A stretch of DNA of 64,000 nucleotides from a virus: the IMG/VR virus record IMGVR_UViG_3300050120_000210, positions 85,125 through 149,124 of that record; one strand, 5' to 3'. The notes beneath the pieces are model-generated. The model had not been told where the DNA came from. It worked only from the letters and a program-made list of their open reading frames with translations, and did not search any database. The position numbers were made by a program, and so were the translations under genes. Shown here one piece after another: positions 10,201 to 20,399 of the stretch (position 1 is its first letter; each line of letters begins with the position of its first letter).

Positions 10201-13200
10201 ACGGACCCGCAGGGCCTTTCGCTCACCTATAGCTTCATCTCCGGCACGTTGCCCGCTGGTCTGTCGTTCTCTGGCGGGGGCTCGGCCACCATTCAGAAGA
10301 GCAGCCCGAGCGCAACTGTTCCGGTCACGTCTTCGGATCAAACCTATAGCTTCACCGTCGAAGTCACCAACGGCTTCGTGCCGGTCCAGCGCACCTTCTC
10401 GATCACGATCCTGAAGAACCTACCGCCGGTCTGGGTTTCCCCGACTGCTGGCAGCCTCGGCACCCAAAACGAAGGCACTTCCTTCACGGTCACCCTCGAC
10501 GCAACTGACCCGGAATCGCAAGGCATCTTCTATCTGGTGTCGGCGGGTTCTCTGCCGAACGGTTTTGGCCTGAATGCCAACACCGGCGTCATCAGCGGCA
10601 CCACGGGCACGGTCTCCAACACGACCACGTTCAACTTCACCATTGATGCAGACGACGGCAAGCAAACGACTTCGCGGGCCTTCAGCTTCACCACTACGTT
10701 CTCGTCCGCTCCGGCTTGGACGACGGCTTCTGGTTCTCTGGCGAGCCAACTCGAACAGACCCCGTTCTCCGTCACTGTTGCCGCCACGGCGGCTGGACAA
10801 GGTATCCACTACACGGTCGCCAACGCCAGCATTCTGCCCACCGGCTTGACCCTTGACGCAAACACGGGCGTCATCAGCGGCACCCTGCCGCCGGTGACCA
10901 CCGACACCGTTGATTCGTTCGACTTGGTCGCCACATCGGTCGTGACAGGCAAGGCAACGACTCGCTCGTTCAGCATCACCATCATCAACGATCTGCCGCC
11001 CGTTTGGAGCACGGCCGCTGGCCTGTTCCTCGACGATTTGGCTGGAACTTCGTTCACCAAGAGCCTGCTGGCCATCGACCCGAACGGCACCACCGTTACC
11101 TACACCATCGCCAATGGTACTCTGCCGGGTTCGGTGACCTTCAACCCCAACGCGGGTGGTGGCACGGCTTCGCTCTCCGGCACTCTGCCGACCGTTGCCA
11201 ACAACACGACGTATGCGATCACGGTTGGCGCGTCTGATGGCGCCTCGCAAGTTAACCGCACCTTCTCCTTCACATCCGAACTGGATGTGCCGCCGGTGTG
11301 GTCCACGAATGCTGGCGTCCTCGCCAACGCTGCCCCGGAATTCTCGACGTTCTCGACCACCGTCACTGCGGTCGATCCGAATGGTAAGGGCGTTGTCTAT
11401 GGCCTCGCAAACAGCACGTTGCTGCCGACCGGCCTTTCGCTGCAAGCCAACAACGGTTTGATCTCCGGCACGCTCCCGGCAGTCGCCAACGCTCTGGCCA
11501 ATGATACCTACAACTTCACCGTCCGTGCTTCGGATGGCGTGATGACCGCTGACCGCAACTTCTCCATCGTGGTGAAGCCGGATGCGGCACCGGTGTGGGT
11601 CACCAACGCTGGCTCTATCGGTAGCGTTCTCGAAAGCCAAACCTTCTCTACGCACCTCGTGGCAAGCGACCCCGATGGCGATACCGTCACCTATTCGTTG
11701 ACCAACGGCACCACGATGGCGCCGGGCTTCAGCCTACTCGCCAATGGTTTCGTTTCCGGCCGCGCTGGCACCACCACGGTGGACACCAGTTATCCGTTTG
11801 ATGTGGCCGCTTCGGATGGTCACAAGAGCACGAATCGTTCGTTCACTCTGACCCTGCAATTCGACACGACGAACCTCGACGCCAACTCCGCATCCGTCAC
11901 CATGCTGATGCCGTTCGAAGGCACGCCGGGCTCTAACGCTCTGGTCGATCAGCTTGGTCACGTTATCACGGACAACGGTGCGGTCATTTCGAGCACGCAA
12001 GTTCAGTTCGGCAACACTGCGGTGTTCTTCAACGGCTCTAGCTCGTTCACGACGCCGATGCTGCCCGACTTCAACATGCTCAACGTTGGCGTCTACACCG
12101 TCGAATTCTGGCTCTTCCCGACCGAGAACTCCTCGACCGAATATCTGATTTCCGAAAACGCTCTCGGAAACGACACCAACGTGAATGCTACCTACTGGGG
12201 CATCAAGAAGTCAGGCACGTCTTATGCTCTGAATGTTGGTCCGCAAACCCTGATTAACGCCAGTAGTGGTCTCATTTCGGTCGCGGGCGGCACGGTGCTT
12301 CTCAACCAATGGCAACATATCGCCGTTTGTAAGAGCGCGGCAGGCACGAAGACCTTCCTCAACGGTGTGAACATCGGCACGGCAGCCATCAATGGCACGT
12401 CCGGTAACACGGCCACGAACCTCGTCGTTGGCCTAGGCTTCACCGGTTATATGGATGATCTTCGCATCACCAATGCAGCCCGTTACTCGGCAAACTTCAC
12501 ACCCGGCAAGGCCCCGGCTATCCCCGTGTGGGTCACCCCGGCAAACACCGTGCTGGTCACCGGCAGCGAAGGCAATTCGATCACGAACGCCGTGGCGCTC
12601 TCCTTCACCGATTCATCCGGTCTCGGTATCAAGAACTACGTCACCGTTGGCGCTCTGCCGACTGGTGTGACACTTGATACTTCCAACGGCACCGTGGTTG
12701 GTGTCATCCCGCAGGCTGTCCAAGGTGGCCAGATCACGCTCACAGCGCAAGGTAAGGATGGCAACAACAACCTGACGGCCGCGCGTAACTTCATCATCCA
12801 ATCGAACGCGCTGTCGGCCCCGAGTGACCTGCAAGTTAGTTGGCGCTTCAACAAGCAGACTTCCGCGAGCGGTTTCTTGGCCGACATTGGCAATAGCGGA
12901 TTCGGAACACCGACTGCTGTGGGCACCTCATTTTCGTATGTGGCTGCTCCGAGCCCGCATGGAACAGACACCGCGCTTCAGTTCAACGGACAAACGGCAA
13001 TGTATATGTCCGACACCACGAACCTGCGGTTCTTGGAGCATAGCAATTGGACCATTGAGATGTGGGTCTGGATGTCGGATTTCACTGCCGGTAAGAGCGT
13101 TGGAACACGTCTGCTCAGCATTGGCGATGGCGCCAATGGCGGGAATGGTATTTTCTGGTTCACCGGTGGCACCGGTGCAATCGCGGGCATCTACCAAAAC

Positions 13201-16200
13201 ACATATTCTTCGACGTTCCCGCAACCGACAAATGGCGCGTGGAATCACATGGCGCTTGTTCGTAACGGGAACCAAATTACTGCCTACACCAACGGTGTTG
13301 CCGGGGCTCCGGGCACCATTACCGGAGAAGTGCCTGCCAACAATTTCGACAACTTGGGATTGGCCATCAACGGTCACTGGCAAGCGTCGCCTACCGCAAC
13401 CTTCTCGGTTGCTGGAACTATTGTGCGCGGTCTGAACATGTGGAGCACTTCGAAATACAACACCCCATTCACGCCGGTTTGGGATGACTTCCTCACGCCG
13501 GTTTGGGCGAACGCATCTGCGAATATCGCCAATGGTCTCGACGGCAACTCGTTCAATGCATCAGTCCTCGCATCTTCGTTTGGCAATACCTCCGTCACCT
13601 ATGCGGTTAGCAATGCCGGGACGATGCCTGCTGGTTTGAACCTCGTGTCGAACGGCTACGTGTATGGCACGATTCCGACCTTCAACGCCAATGCTCCGGC
13701 GACGAGTTTCTCGCTCATCGCCACGGACACGAACGCGCGGATCACCCCGCCCAAAACATTCACGGTTACTTCGCTCGATGCAAAACCGGTTTGGGTCAGC
13801 AATGGTTCGCTTGGCAACAACACCTCTAACGCAACGGTCAGCCTGCAATTGGTCGCGACCGACCCGCGTGGTGATGTTCCGGTAACCTATGCTGTCGCCA
13901 ATGGCGCTATTCCGGCTGGATTGACCTTGAACTCGAATGGTTTGATTACGGGTTCGCTCACTTTCCAGACGACGGATACGGTTTCGTCCTTCACGGTTAA
14001 TGCAGTCAACCATTCCGGCAAGTTCTCGATCTCTAATTCGCTTTCCTACACCGTGTTCACCGACTTCGATGTGAATTTTGCGAACACAATGACATTGCTC
14101 CATGCCGATGGGAACTTCACGAACAGCGGCAACAGCACTGTCACATGGTCGGCTGGTGGCACTGCCACTGTGCAGAACAGTGTTGTCAAGTTCGGCACTG
14201 GTGCATTCAGTACGACGGGCGTGGCCACTTCTTGGGTCCGTTCGTCTAACCTGTCCTCGCTATACAATCTGGGCACTCGACCCTTTACCACGGAGTTCTG
14301 GGTCAACGTCGGTGGGTTCGTAAATACAAGCGGAGCTTGGCAGGCGGCCATTCTATTCTATGGTTTGGGAAACACGACTGCCGGTAACCAAGGTAACGGT
14401 TTCGGTGTATTCGTGACCGGAACATCTGCGACCAGCGGTATTGTTAGCGTCGGTGCAGGCGGCTGGAACGCGGCTGGTACGGCTCAAAGCTTCTCGTTCG
14501 GTGGCAATATCACCGCCAATTTGAACCAATGGTATCACGTTGCTGCTCAACGTGACGCAAGCAACAATTTCTCTCTTTACTGGGATGGACAATTGGTTGG
14601 TGCAACAACTGCGGCAGTGACGGTTGGCCCGAATTTCACTACTTCTTATGTGTGGAACATCGGCACGTTGGCATCTGTTAGCGGATTTGAATATCCTCTC
14701 GTTGGTAAAGTCGATGACGTTCGTATCACTTACGATGTCGCTCGCTACACTGGAAACTCTATTACTGTTCCGAACAAGGCGTTCCCGAACACTGGACCTA
14801 TTGCTCCTGTGTTCACTTCGCCAGTTTCCTTGGGAACTTCAACCAAGCTCGCCGTGGTCAATACTACCGTGGTCGCCACCGCAAGTGTCGCTAACGCTAC
14901 ACCAATTACGTATTCTCTCGTTTCCGGGTCTCTTCCGGGCACCGCGACATTGGCCAGCAATGGCTTGATTAGCGGCCTCGCTGCGAACGTTGTCACGGAT
15001 ACCGTGGACACTTTTACTATTGCAGCAGCCGACACGCAAACCCACATCAGCAATAAGACTTTCACATATACAACATTGGTTGCCGGGGATCAGTTCTTCA
15101 GCAACGTGTCATTGCTTATCCACGGTGAAACAACCGCAAACAACGGTGTTGTCATTGACTCCGTTGGGGTCAATACATTCTCCACAAACAACGCAGCAAA
15201 CGTCTCGACCGCCGCTTCGAAGTTCGGCAATTCGGCTGTTTTCTTCAACGGAGCGAACAGCACGACAAACGTCATGAAGGGCCTTCAAGGGCCTCCGACT
15301 TGGTTATCCAATTGGTTGTCGGGAACCGATTTCACGCTCGAAGCGTGGATCAACCCCACCGATCTCCCGAACCTGACCGGCGGCGTCAACAAGACAGTCA
15401 TCATGTGCGTTGCCAACCCGTCAACACTTGCCAACTACTGGCAATGGACGCTTTCGGGCTCGAACGCGACGACGATCACCAATATGGATTGGGTCACTTT
15501 GACCCCCGGCACTGTGACCGATTTCCATACGACCGTCCCGGCTGGTTCGATTCCGATGAACGCTTGGACGCACATTGCGCTGACTCGCGCAAACGGTGTT
15601 GTACGCGGGTTCGTTAATGGTGTGTTGCTAGGCAACTCCATTGTTAACACCTCTGCATATAATGGTCCATCCTCTTTGTTCTTCGAACTCGGCGGCGAAA
15701 CGCTAACTGGTGCTCCGGGTAACTTCCATGGTTACATGGATGAAGTCCGCATCACCACCGGCACCGCGCGCTATACTGCAAACTTCACAGTGAGCGCGAA
15801 TGCATTCCCGAACTTGCTCGACCCTAGCCCGATTTGGGCGAACTCGGGCTCGCTTGGTTTTGCCTACAAAAACAGCGCGATCAACGTTCAACTTGCGGCA
15901 AACTCTCCGATCAACGCCGTACCGCTTACCTACAGCTTGCTGTCTGGTTCGTTGCCGGGGACCGCTACACTCTCCAACAGCGGATTGCTCTCGGGTGTGA
16001 CAAGCAACGTGTCTACGGATACTGTGAGCACGTTCACACTTCGTGCAACGGACGTATTGGCACACACCACCGACCGCACGTTCACCTATACAACGGTCGC
16101 AAATGCCGATGTCAATTTCGGTTTGACCTCCGCACTGTTCCACATGGAAGATACCCCAAACAGTTCGAGCACCACCGATACGTTCACCGATGCAACGGGC

Positions 16201-18651
16201 CGGACCACGATGGTCAAGTCTGGAACCACTGCCACGACTTCGACGGCGACTGCCAAATTCGGTAATTCGGCGATGTATTTCGCGGGGGCTACTAGCCAAG
16301 CAACCACAGGCTGCGCGCAGTCAACCGTCAACGCCGCAGGCTTTGGCTTCGGAACCAACGATTTCACTGTTGAATCGTGGGTTAACGTGAGTTCATTCCC
16401 GTCAACTGCGGTCGTGGCTACCTATAACAGCCCCACCACGGCCACTGTGACGAACGTCAATATTTCGTGGATTCTTCAGCTTACCGGGAACGCGACGACT
16501 ATCACGGGGATCGATTTCTACAACCAAGGCGACACCCATATCGCTAACACCGTGGTCTCCGATCTGCGTGTTACTGGTCTGAATATTCCGACCAAGACTT
16601 GGACTCACTTCGCGATCACACGTCAGGGTCAAAACCTGCGGGCCTTCGTGAACGGAACGGTTGTCGGCTCCACAATTATCACGGCCGGATTTAGTTATCC
16701 CACCATCTCGGGCAATACTTTGCAACTCGGCGGCGCCGTGGTTCCGGGCTTTGCTTCGATCTTGGATGGTTATCTCGACGAAGTTCGCATCTCCAACGGT
16801 GTTGCTCGCTATACCGCCAACTTCAGCGTGCAAACGTCGCCGTTCCCGAGCCTGATCGATCCTAGCCCGGTTTGGGCGAACTCGGGGTCGCTGGGTAGTG
16901 CTCTCCACAATAGCCCGATCAGCTTGCAATTGGTGGCGAACACCACCAACGCTGCCCCGGTTACTTACACCGTGCAATCGGGCGCTCTGCCGGGCACTGT
17001 TACGCTCGCCAGCAATGGTCTCGTGTCGGGTGTTACCGGAAATGCAGCTACGGACACGGTGAGCACTTTCACTGTTCGTGCGACAGATACGCTGACGCGT
17101 TTCACCGATCAAACGATGTCGTATACGACCATCGCAAATTCGGACGTGTTCTACAGCAACGTGTCTCTTTTGCTTCACGCGGAAGACACACCGAACGGCA
17201 CAACTATCGCGGATTCCAGCGGTAAGCAGACCTTCACTAAAAACTCGGCAAGTGTTTCGACTGCCAATCAGAAGTTCGGTAATTCTGCACTGTTCTTCAA
17301 TGGTGCAAATACGGCACTAATGGTTTCGACATCCAACCCGCCGGGTATCAGTTTCCCTACCGGAACCGATTTTACTGTCGAAATGTGGTTCAACATGACT
17401 AGCAACGGCGGAAGCAAATCAGCCGTTATGCTCGCGCATGGTCCGAATGCATTCAATCCCGCCAATACGAACAATATTTGGTGCATTCAGATTGATGCAA
17501 CGGCACCCGGTATTCAAGACATCCAGCTATACAATGGCGCTGGTGGAAATGGCGTGTCGGCTAACGTTACCAATCTTCCCTATGGAACATGGCATCACAT
17601 CGCCTTTGCCCGTCAGGGTGGCACACTCCGTGTCTTTGTCAACGGCGTTCTGAATAACACGAACCCGAATACCTTCAACTATGTCGGCAGTGCTGCAACA
17701 GCACTGACCGTGGGTGGATTGAATGTTGAAGCCTTTAGCTTGAACATGAATGGTTACATGGATGAGGTTCGTATCACCAACGGTGTTGCTCGCTATGTCT
17801 CTAATTTCTCGGTCGCCACATCGGCATATCCGAACCTTCAAGACCCGACGCCGATTTTCACGACTAACGCGGTTACTTTCACGGTCGCCAATGCGGTGAA
17901 CGTCAGCAACTCTGTGGTCGCCAATTCGCCTGTCAACCGGTCGCTCACCTATACACTGACCTCCGGTTCTCTAGCGAATGGCACAACGATGTTGAGCAAC
18001 GGTCTGATTACCGGCCAACCGTTCTCGGTGGGCAATTCGGTCTTCACCGTTTCGGCGGCAATCACGGATGCTCCGAACTCGTTCACGCCGACGACTCAGA
18101 CGATCACCTACAACGTGGTCTCGGCCGGTTGGGCAACTGCTCTTGGCGATACTGTGACCCTGCCGTCTTACCTGAGCCCGGTGTATACCGCTACAACTGG
18201 CAACAACTCCAACGGCTTCGGTGTGTTCAGCAACCTTCTTCCGGCAACTGGACAATACTTCATCGACGTTACCTTGGCCAGTGGTCAAGATTCGTCACCG
18301 GCGTCGGTTGGTTTCTTGGGCTTGTCTACAGTGGCAACCGGCTTCAACTTCAATACCTCTGCCAACTATAAGGCTTGGTATTACACGGGAGCTTGGTTCG
18401 GTGATGCAACGACGGTATCGTCTGGTGACTCGTCCAACCTCATCACCGGCACCTATCGTATCGCCATCGACCGCACCAACGGCCTGTTCTACATGCAACG
18501 GACCAGCGGAACACCTTCGACCGTCCGTTCAGCCCACCTTCCGGGCTCCGGCAATCTCTTCCTGATGATGCTTCCGCAAAGCACCTTCAGAGTTCCGGGT
18601 GTGACGATCATCAACGGTGGCATCCAAGCTGGCCACGGTGGTCTCTACTAA
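7252..18651 (+). CDS. giant Ig-like (He_PIG/cadherin-like) repeat + LamG lectin-domain fibre protein, about 3800 aa
   Basis: About 16 tandem ~95 aa repeats (PVW.T..G.L...D..G..Y....G.LP.GL.L...G.ISG), six LamG-like domains (FTVE.W, WxH.A..R, MDEVRIT), SPRY-like C-terminus; TAAATA at 7178; start could be further upstream (7171). Confidence 0.85.
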   Translation: MGIKYDGLKLVWLHQFGGSTTLLTWVSPDEGDVGSFVGGAKAFIPAAVRVINGPRPTFSLSSGSLPTGLSLDTSSGAVSGILNNIVGSYSYTLKAQSGQVSVERTFSANVAVNQAPVWNTPAGSLGSQFDNTPVNLTLDAVDPEAQPVTFALIAGSLPGGLNLSNTGAITGLLSPVTDDTTFFFTLTASDGVLNTQRAFSFTALLDQAPVWSTHGNLGTPIESSAFTFPLVVTGARALTYTVTGGQLPVGLTLDANTGVISGTTPAVALDSTSTFIVSASDGVKATAQTLSIIVKKNLPPVWSSSGTVATDFGGKAVNFNLIAVDPNGSSVTFTLGNGSVLPGDLTLSNTGLISGNLPDVVASTDFSFTAVASDGLLTTPRALKIRTLLNQPPVWDTASGLSPVLEEMAFTRVVSAHDPAGVQAIHYKLASGSLPDGVTLSNNGVISGTPGTVVSDTEYDFNIEANNGVLAASQDFTLIVAKNVAPVWSSNAGLINTVQGLSIYNYNLSGHDGNGTIPVYTLTAGALPDGISLSTSGTLSGTVGNVANATQYDFTVALNDGFNAPVGRSFSIIVTPNALPVWVTNSGTIASAFETAPISVFINAFDPEGAQITYYMVGSSKLPDGVFLNGSTGLISGSLPNVTEDTDFSFNIYADDGTPNNARRAARIFTIHTVFNSAPVFQTPANLGTSIEGRNYSLQLSATGVGNGPMIYTLSSGTLPAGLTLSRSGLISGVLPAAATDTGYTFTVNAFNGIKNATRTFTLTVAHDLPPVWTSNAGTLGSFFGNNAFSIQLASADPNGVGVVYSLANATTLPHGVSLSTGGLVSGSLDIVANNTTYNFTVRSSDGVLSADRSFSLTSLAEVAPNWVTPAGQIAQVFKNTSYSSFLVAADSQHLPITYTVVSGSLPTGLTLNANTGLLAGITANVSINTEYDFTVRASNGTLTSDRAFSFVVQSVATPAWVTPAGSLGSILSGYTGVFSMVATDPQGLSLTYSFISGTLPAGLSFSGGGSATIQKSSPSATVPVTSSDQTYSFTVEVTNGFVPVQRTFSITILKNLPPVWVSPTAGSLGTQNEGTSFTVTLDATDPESQGIFYLVSAGSLPNGFGLNANTGVISGTTGTVSNTTTFNFTIDADDGKQTTSRAFSFTTTFSSAPAWTTASGSLASQLEQTPFSVTVAATAAGQGIHYTVANASILPTGLTLDANTGVISGTLPPVTTDTVDSFDLVATSVVTGKATTRSFSITIINDLPPVWSTAAGLFLDDLAGTSFTKSLLAIDPNGTTVTYTIANGTLPGSVTFNPNAGGGTASLSGTLPTVANNTTYAITVGASDGASQVNRTFSFTSELDVPPVWSTNAGVLANAAPEFSTFSTTVTAVDPNGKGVVYGLANSTLLPTGLSLQANNGLISGTLPAVANALANDTYNFTVRASDGVMTADRNFSIVVKPDAAPVWVTNAGSIGSVLESQTFSTHLVASDPDGDTVTYSLTNGTTMAPGFSLLANGFVSGRAGTTTVDTSYPFDVAASDGHKSTNRSFTLTLQFDTTNLDANSASVTMLMPFEGTPGSNALVDQLGHVITDNGAVISSTQVQFGNTAVFFNGSSSFTTPMLPDFNMLNVGVYTVEFWLFPTENSSTEYLISENALGNDTNVNATYWGIKKSGTSYALNVGPQTLINASSGLISVAGGTVLLNQWQHIAVCKSAAGTKTFLNGVNIGTAAINGTSGNTATNLVVGLGFTGYMDDLRITNAARYSANFTPGKAPAIPVWVTPANTVLVTGSEGNSITNAVALSFTDSSGLGIKNYVTVGALPTGVTLDTSNGTVVGVIPQAVQGGQITLTAQGKDGNNNLTAARNFIIQSNALSAPSDLQVSWRFNKQTSASGFLADIGNSGFGTPTAVGTSFSYVAAPSPHGTDTALQFNGQTAMYMSDTTNLRFLEHSNWTIEMWVWMSDFTAGKSVGTRLLSIGDGANGGNGIFWFTGGTGAIAGIYQNTYSSTFPQPTNGAWNHMALVRNGNQITAYTNGVAGAPGTITGEVPANNFDNLGLAINGHWQASPTATFSVAGTIVRGLNMWSTSKYNTPFTPVWDDFLTPVWANASANIANGLDGNSFNASVLASSFGNTSVTYAVSNAGTMPAGLNLVSNGYVYGTIPTFNANAPATSFSLIATDTNARITPPKTFTVTSLDAKPVWVSNGSLGNNTSNATVSLQLVATDPRGDVPVTYAVANGAIPAGLTLNSNGLITGSLTFQTTDTVSSFTVNAVNHSGKFSISNSLSYTVFTDFDVNFANTMTLLHADGNFTNSGNSTVTWSAGGTATVQNSVVKFGTGAFSTTGVATSWVRSSNLSSLYNLGTRPFTTEFWVNVGGFVNTSGAWQAAILFYGLGNTTAGNQGNGFGVFVTGTSATSGIVSVGAGGWNAAGTAQSFSFGGNITANLNQWYHVAAQRDASNNFSLYWDGQLVGATTAAVTVGPNFTTSYVWNIGTLASVSGFEYPLVGKVDDVRITYDVARYTGNSITVPNKAFPNTGPIAPVFTSPVSLGTSTKLAVVNTTVVATASVANATPITYSLVSGSLPGTATLASNGLISGLAANVVTDTVDTFTIAAADTQTHISNKTFTYTTLVAGDQFFSNVSLLIHGETTANNGVVIDSVGVNTFSTNNAANVSTAASKFGNSAVFFNGANSTTNVMKGLQGPPTWLSNWLSGTDFTLEAWINPTDLPNLTGGVNKTVIMCVANPSTLANYWQWTLSGSNATTITNMDWVTLTPGTVTDFHTTVPAGSIPMNAWTHIALTRANGVVRGFVNGVLLGNSIVNTSAYNGPSSLFFELGGETLTGAPGNFHGYMDEVRITTGTARYTANFTVSANAFPNLLDPSPIWANSGSLGFAYKNSAINVQLAANSPINAVPLTYSLLSGSLPGTATLSNSGLLSGVTSNVSTDTVSTFTLRATDVLAHTTDRTFTYTTVANADVNFGLTSALFHMEDTPNSSSTTDTFTDATGRTTMVKSGTTATTSTATAKFGNSAMYFAGATSQATTGCAQSTVNAAGFGFGTNDFTVESWVNVSSFPSTAVVATYNSPTTATVTNVNISWILQLTGNATTITGIDFYNQGDTHIANTVVSDLRVTGLNIPTKTWTHFAITRQGQNLRAFVNGTVVGSTIITAGFSYPTISGNTLQLGGAVVPGFASILDGYLDEVRISNGVARYTANFSVQTSPFPSLIDPSPVWANSGSLGSALHNSPISLQLVANTTNAAPVTYTVQSGALPGTVTLASNGLVSGVTGNAATDTVSTFTVRATDTLTRFTDQTMSYTTIANSDVFYSNVSLLLHAEDTPNGTTIADSSGKQTFTKNSASVSTANQKFGNSALFFNGANTALMVSTSNPPGISFPTGTDFTVEMWFNMTSNGGSKSAVMLAHGPNAFNPANTNNIWCIQIDATAPGIQDIQLYNGAGGNGVSANVTNLPYGTWHHIAFARQGGTLRVFVNGVLNNTNPNTFNYVGSAATALTVGGLNVEAFSLNMNGYMDEVRITNGVARYVSNFSVATSAYPNLQDPTPIFTTNAVTFTVANAVNVSNSVVANSPVNRSLTYTLTSGSLANGTTMLSNGLITGQPFSVGNSVFTVSAAITDAPNSFTPTTQTITYNVVSAGWATALGDTVTLPSYLSPVYTATTGNNSNGFGVFSNLLPATGQYFIDVTLASGQDSSPASVGFLGLSTVATGFNFNTSANYKAWYYTGAWFGDATTVSSGDSSNLITGTYRIAIDRTNGLFYMQRTSGTPSTVRSAHLPGSGNLFLMMLPQSTFRVPGVTIINGGIQAGHGGLY

Positions 18652-18661
18652 AACCAAGATG

Positions 18662-18690
18662 TGGCCGCCCTTCGGGGCGGCCATTTTCTT
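18662..18690 (+). terminator. Rho-independent terminator
   Basis: tggccgccc-ttcg-gggcggcca-ttttctt. Confidence 0.85.
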
Positions 18691-19258
18691 ATGTGGGTGG
18701 TGGCCCGAAGCGATTGCGAATCTTCGTGCCGGGCATGACTACGAGCCACATGGCGATCAGCCATGCGGCAAGCCAACTCAGTTCATGAGCCTCTGTCGTC
18801 GCCGACAGGAAAGGCAGCAGGCTGGGTAGGAAAATCCACAGCAGATGCTTCGCTGACTTGTTCATGTCGTGCAGGCGCTTCGCGATGACGGCAAGATTGG
18901 CCCAAGTCGCCACGAGGCAGATTACGAGGACGATGCCGGTCGGCACAATGCGTCCGGCGCCGTGAATGGGAAGGACCGTCCAGATTCCCGCGAATAGGAA
19001 CACGGTCGTGAAAATGGTGATCGAGAAAACGAAGAACGCAGCGCGACGCATACGTCCTTTGAAGCTGAACAAGCCCTTGACGAAATCATCCACGACGCGT
19101 TTCCCGACCGATGGCAAAGCGTATCCACAAATTGCTGTTTCGTCTATTGAAATACACCCCCGGCCCGACTGGGGGCTCGTGTGTGACATCAAGCCGAGGG
19201 TGCTGCGTCTCCCGATTTCTCGAAGCCGCAAGAGGGAGGTTGATCCTCCTTTTTCCAC
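18689..19258 (-). CDS. DUF805-like inner membrane protein (start probably near 19100)
   Basis: FSFKGRMRR..F, AKRLHD, PG...NRFG motifs; several TM helices. Confidence 0.7.
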   Translation of the reverse strand: MEKGGSTSLLRLREIGRRSTLGLMSHTSPQSGRGCISIDETAICGYALPSVGKRVVDDFVKGLFSFKGRMRRAAFFVFSITIFTTVFLFAGIWTVLPIHGAGRIVPTGIVLVICLVATWANLAVIAKRLHDMNKSAKHLLWIFLPSLLPFLSATTEAHELSWLAAWLIAMWLVVMPGTKIRNRFGPPPT

Positions 19259-19407
19259 CTGTCAACTGGTCAACGAAACTACGTAATTAACAGTGGTGTT
19301 TTGTCGCATATGGTGGGTGTAAATACACTTCCCCGTTGGACGCAACGAGGTATTGGCAAATATTTGACAAGCAAAATCAACTACTTATTAGCAAAAGAGA
19401 AAGTAAA

Positions 19408-19839
19408 ATGAATATCAATCAACCTTACAAAATCACACAAATCGTTCTGAATGCAAGTGTCAATGAGAACATTCTTCCTTCTGAAGGAGAACAGTTCGAT
19501 CTCTACACAAACTATCAAGAAAATACTACCATCAACGTCAAACTGCCGCCCGGTGACTTCGTTGGTGAAGAAAAAGTCATCCATTGGGTTGACCAATATG
19601 GCCATGGACTGGGCGATCTAGAAAATCCGGCACCAACTAATACTTCGATCTATATTCGATCCGAGGGTTGGATGGATGACCAGAGAACTGGTATTGTCCA
19701 TCGAACATTTACTGCCATTCGCGCAGGAGGTTACGCATTTTTCAAATGGGCTGGCGACCGCTGGCTGATTACCGCCTACTCGTCTAATGTCGATGAAAAT
19801 ACGGGGAATCCATATTTCTCGGGTGTATCCTCGGTTTAA
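19408..19839 (+). CDS. late hypothetical protein, possibly virion-associated
   Basis: TAAATA at 19320; AT-rich leader; terminator follows. Confidence 0.6.
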   Translation: MNINQPYKITQIVLNASVNENILPSEGEQFDLYTNYQENTTINVKLPPGDFVGEEKVIHWVDQYGHGLGDLENPAPTNTSIYIRSEGWMDDQRTGIVHRTFTAIRAGGYAFFKWAGDRWLITAYSSNVDENTGNPYFSGVSSV

Positions 19840-19843
19840 GAAT

Positions 19844-19881
19844 GGCGGCCCCTTCCTCACGGTTGGGGCCGTTTCCTTTTT
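19844..19881 (+). terminator. Rho-independent terminator
   Basis: ggcggcccc...ggggccgtt-tccttttt. Confidence 0.7.
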
Positions 19882-19916
19882 GACTAAATATCGTCACCGA
19901 CCTACATTGGTTTTAT

Positions 19917-19991
19917 GGACGCTTAGCTCAGCGGCAGAGCGCCTCGTTGACATCGAGGAAGTCAGTAGTTCGATCCTACTAGTGTCCACCA
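19917..19991 (+). tRNA. tRNA-Val(GAC)
   Basis: Acceptor GGACGCT/AGTGTCC + ACCA; anticodon arm cctcg-ttGACat-cgagg; T-loop TTCGATC; TAAATA at 19885. Confidence 0.95.
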
Positions 19992-20000
19992 ACACCGAAG

Positions 20001-20327
20001 ATGGTCATGCGTCACAAACCGCTCCCGCCTCTTCCGCGCAATCCGTTCTGGCCGTTGAGCCCGATCAAATCGACACCGATGACGATTCACATCCCGGTCG
20101 ATTGTCTCCACAGCGTCAACCAACACGGCGCCGCCCTTAAGACAGAGGTGCGGCAATGGCTCGTCGAGAACACCACCTCTTATGCCTGTCGTGTGATCGA
20201 GAACATCTGGGTCACCCCGGCCGAAAATGCCGCGTGGCGAAACCACCCACTCAATCGCCAGAACATGGCCTTCATCACTTTCGAAAACGAAAATGATCTC
20301 CTGCATTTCAAAATGCGCTGGTCATAA
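20001..20327 (+). CDS. small paralog-family protein (W..EN...F..E.D...FK..W)
   Basis: VRQWLVEN...AFITFENENDLLHFKMRWS. Confidence 0.7.
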   Translation: MVMRHKPLPPLPRNPFWPLSPIKSTPMTIHIPVDCLHSVNQHGAALKTEVRQWLVENTTSYACRVIENIWVTPAENAAWRNHPLNRQNMAFITFENENDLLHFKMRWS

Positions 20328-20399
20328 ATCGGCTGCAACGCCGTCACGAAACCGTCAACCCCAACAATCTTCTTATCCACATATCTTTCATATTGCGTC

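Noticed and set aside
7096-11655. Long antisense ORFs (562, 498, 411 aa) opposite the giant fibre gene
   Set aside because: Shadow ORFs caused by codon bias; Arg-rich with no motifs
13780-17850. Diversity-generating retroelement acting on the lectin tips
   Set aside because: No reverse transcriptase in the window; repeat copies are in-frame protein cassettes rather than a template/variable repeat pair
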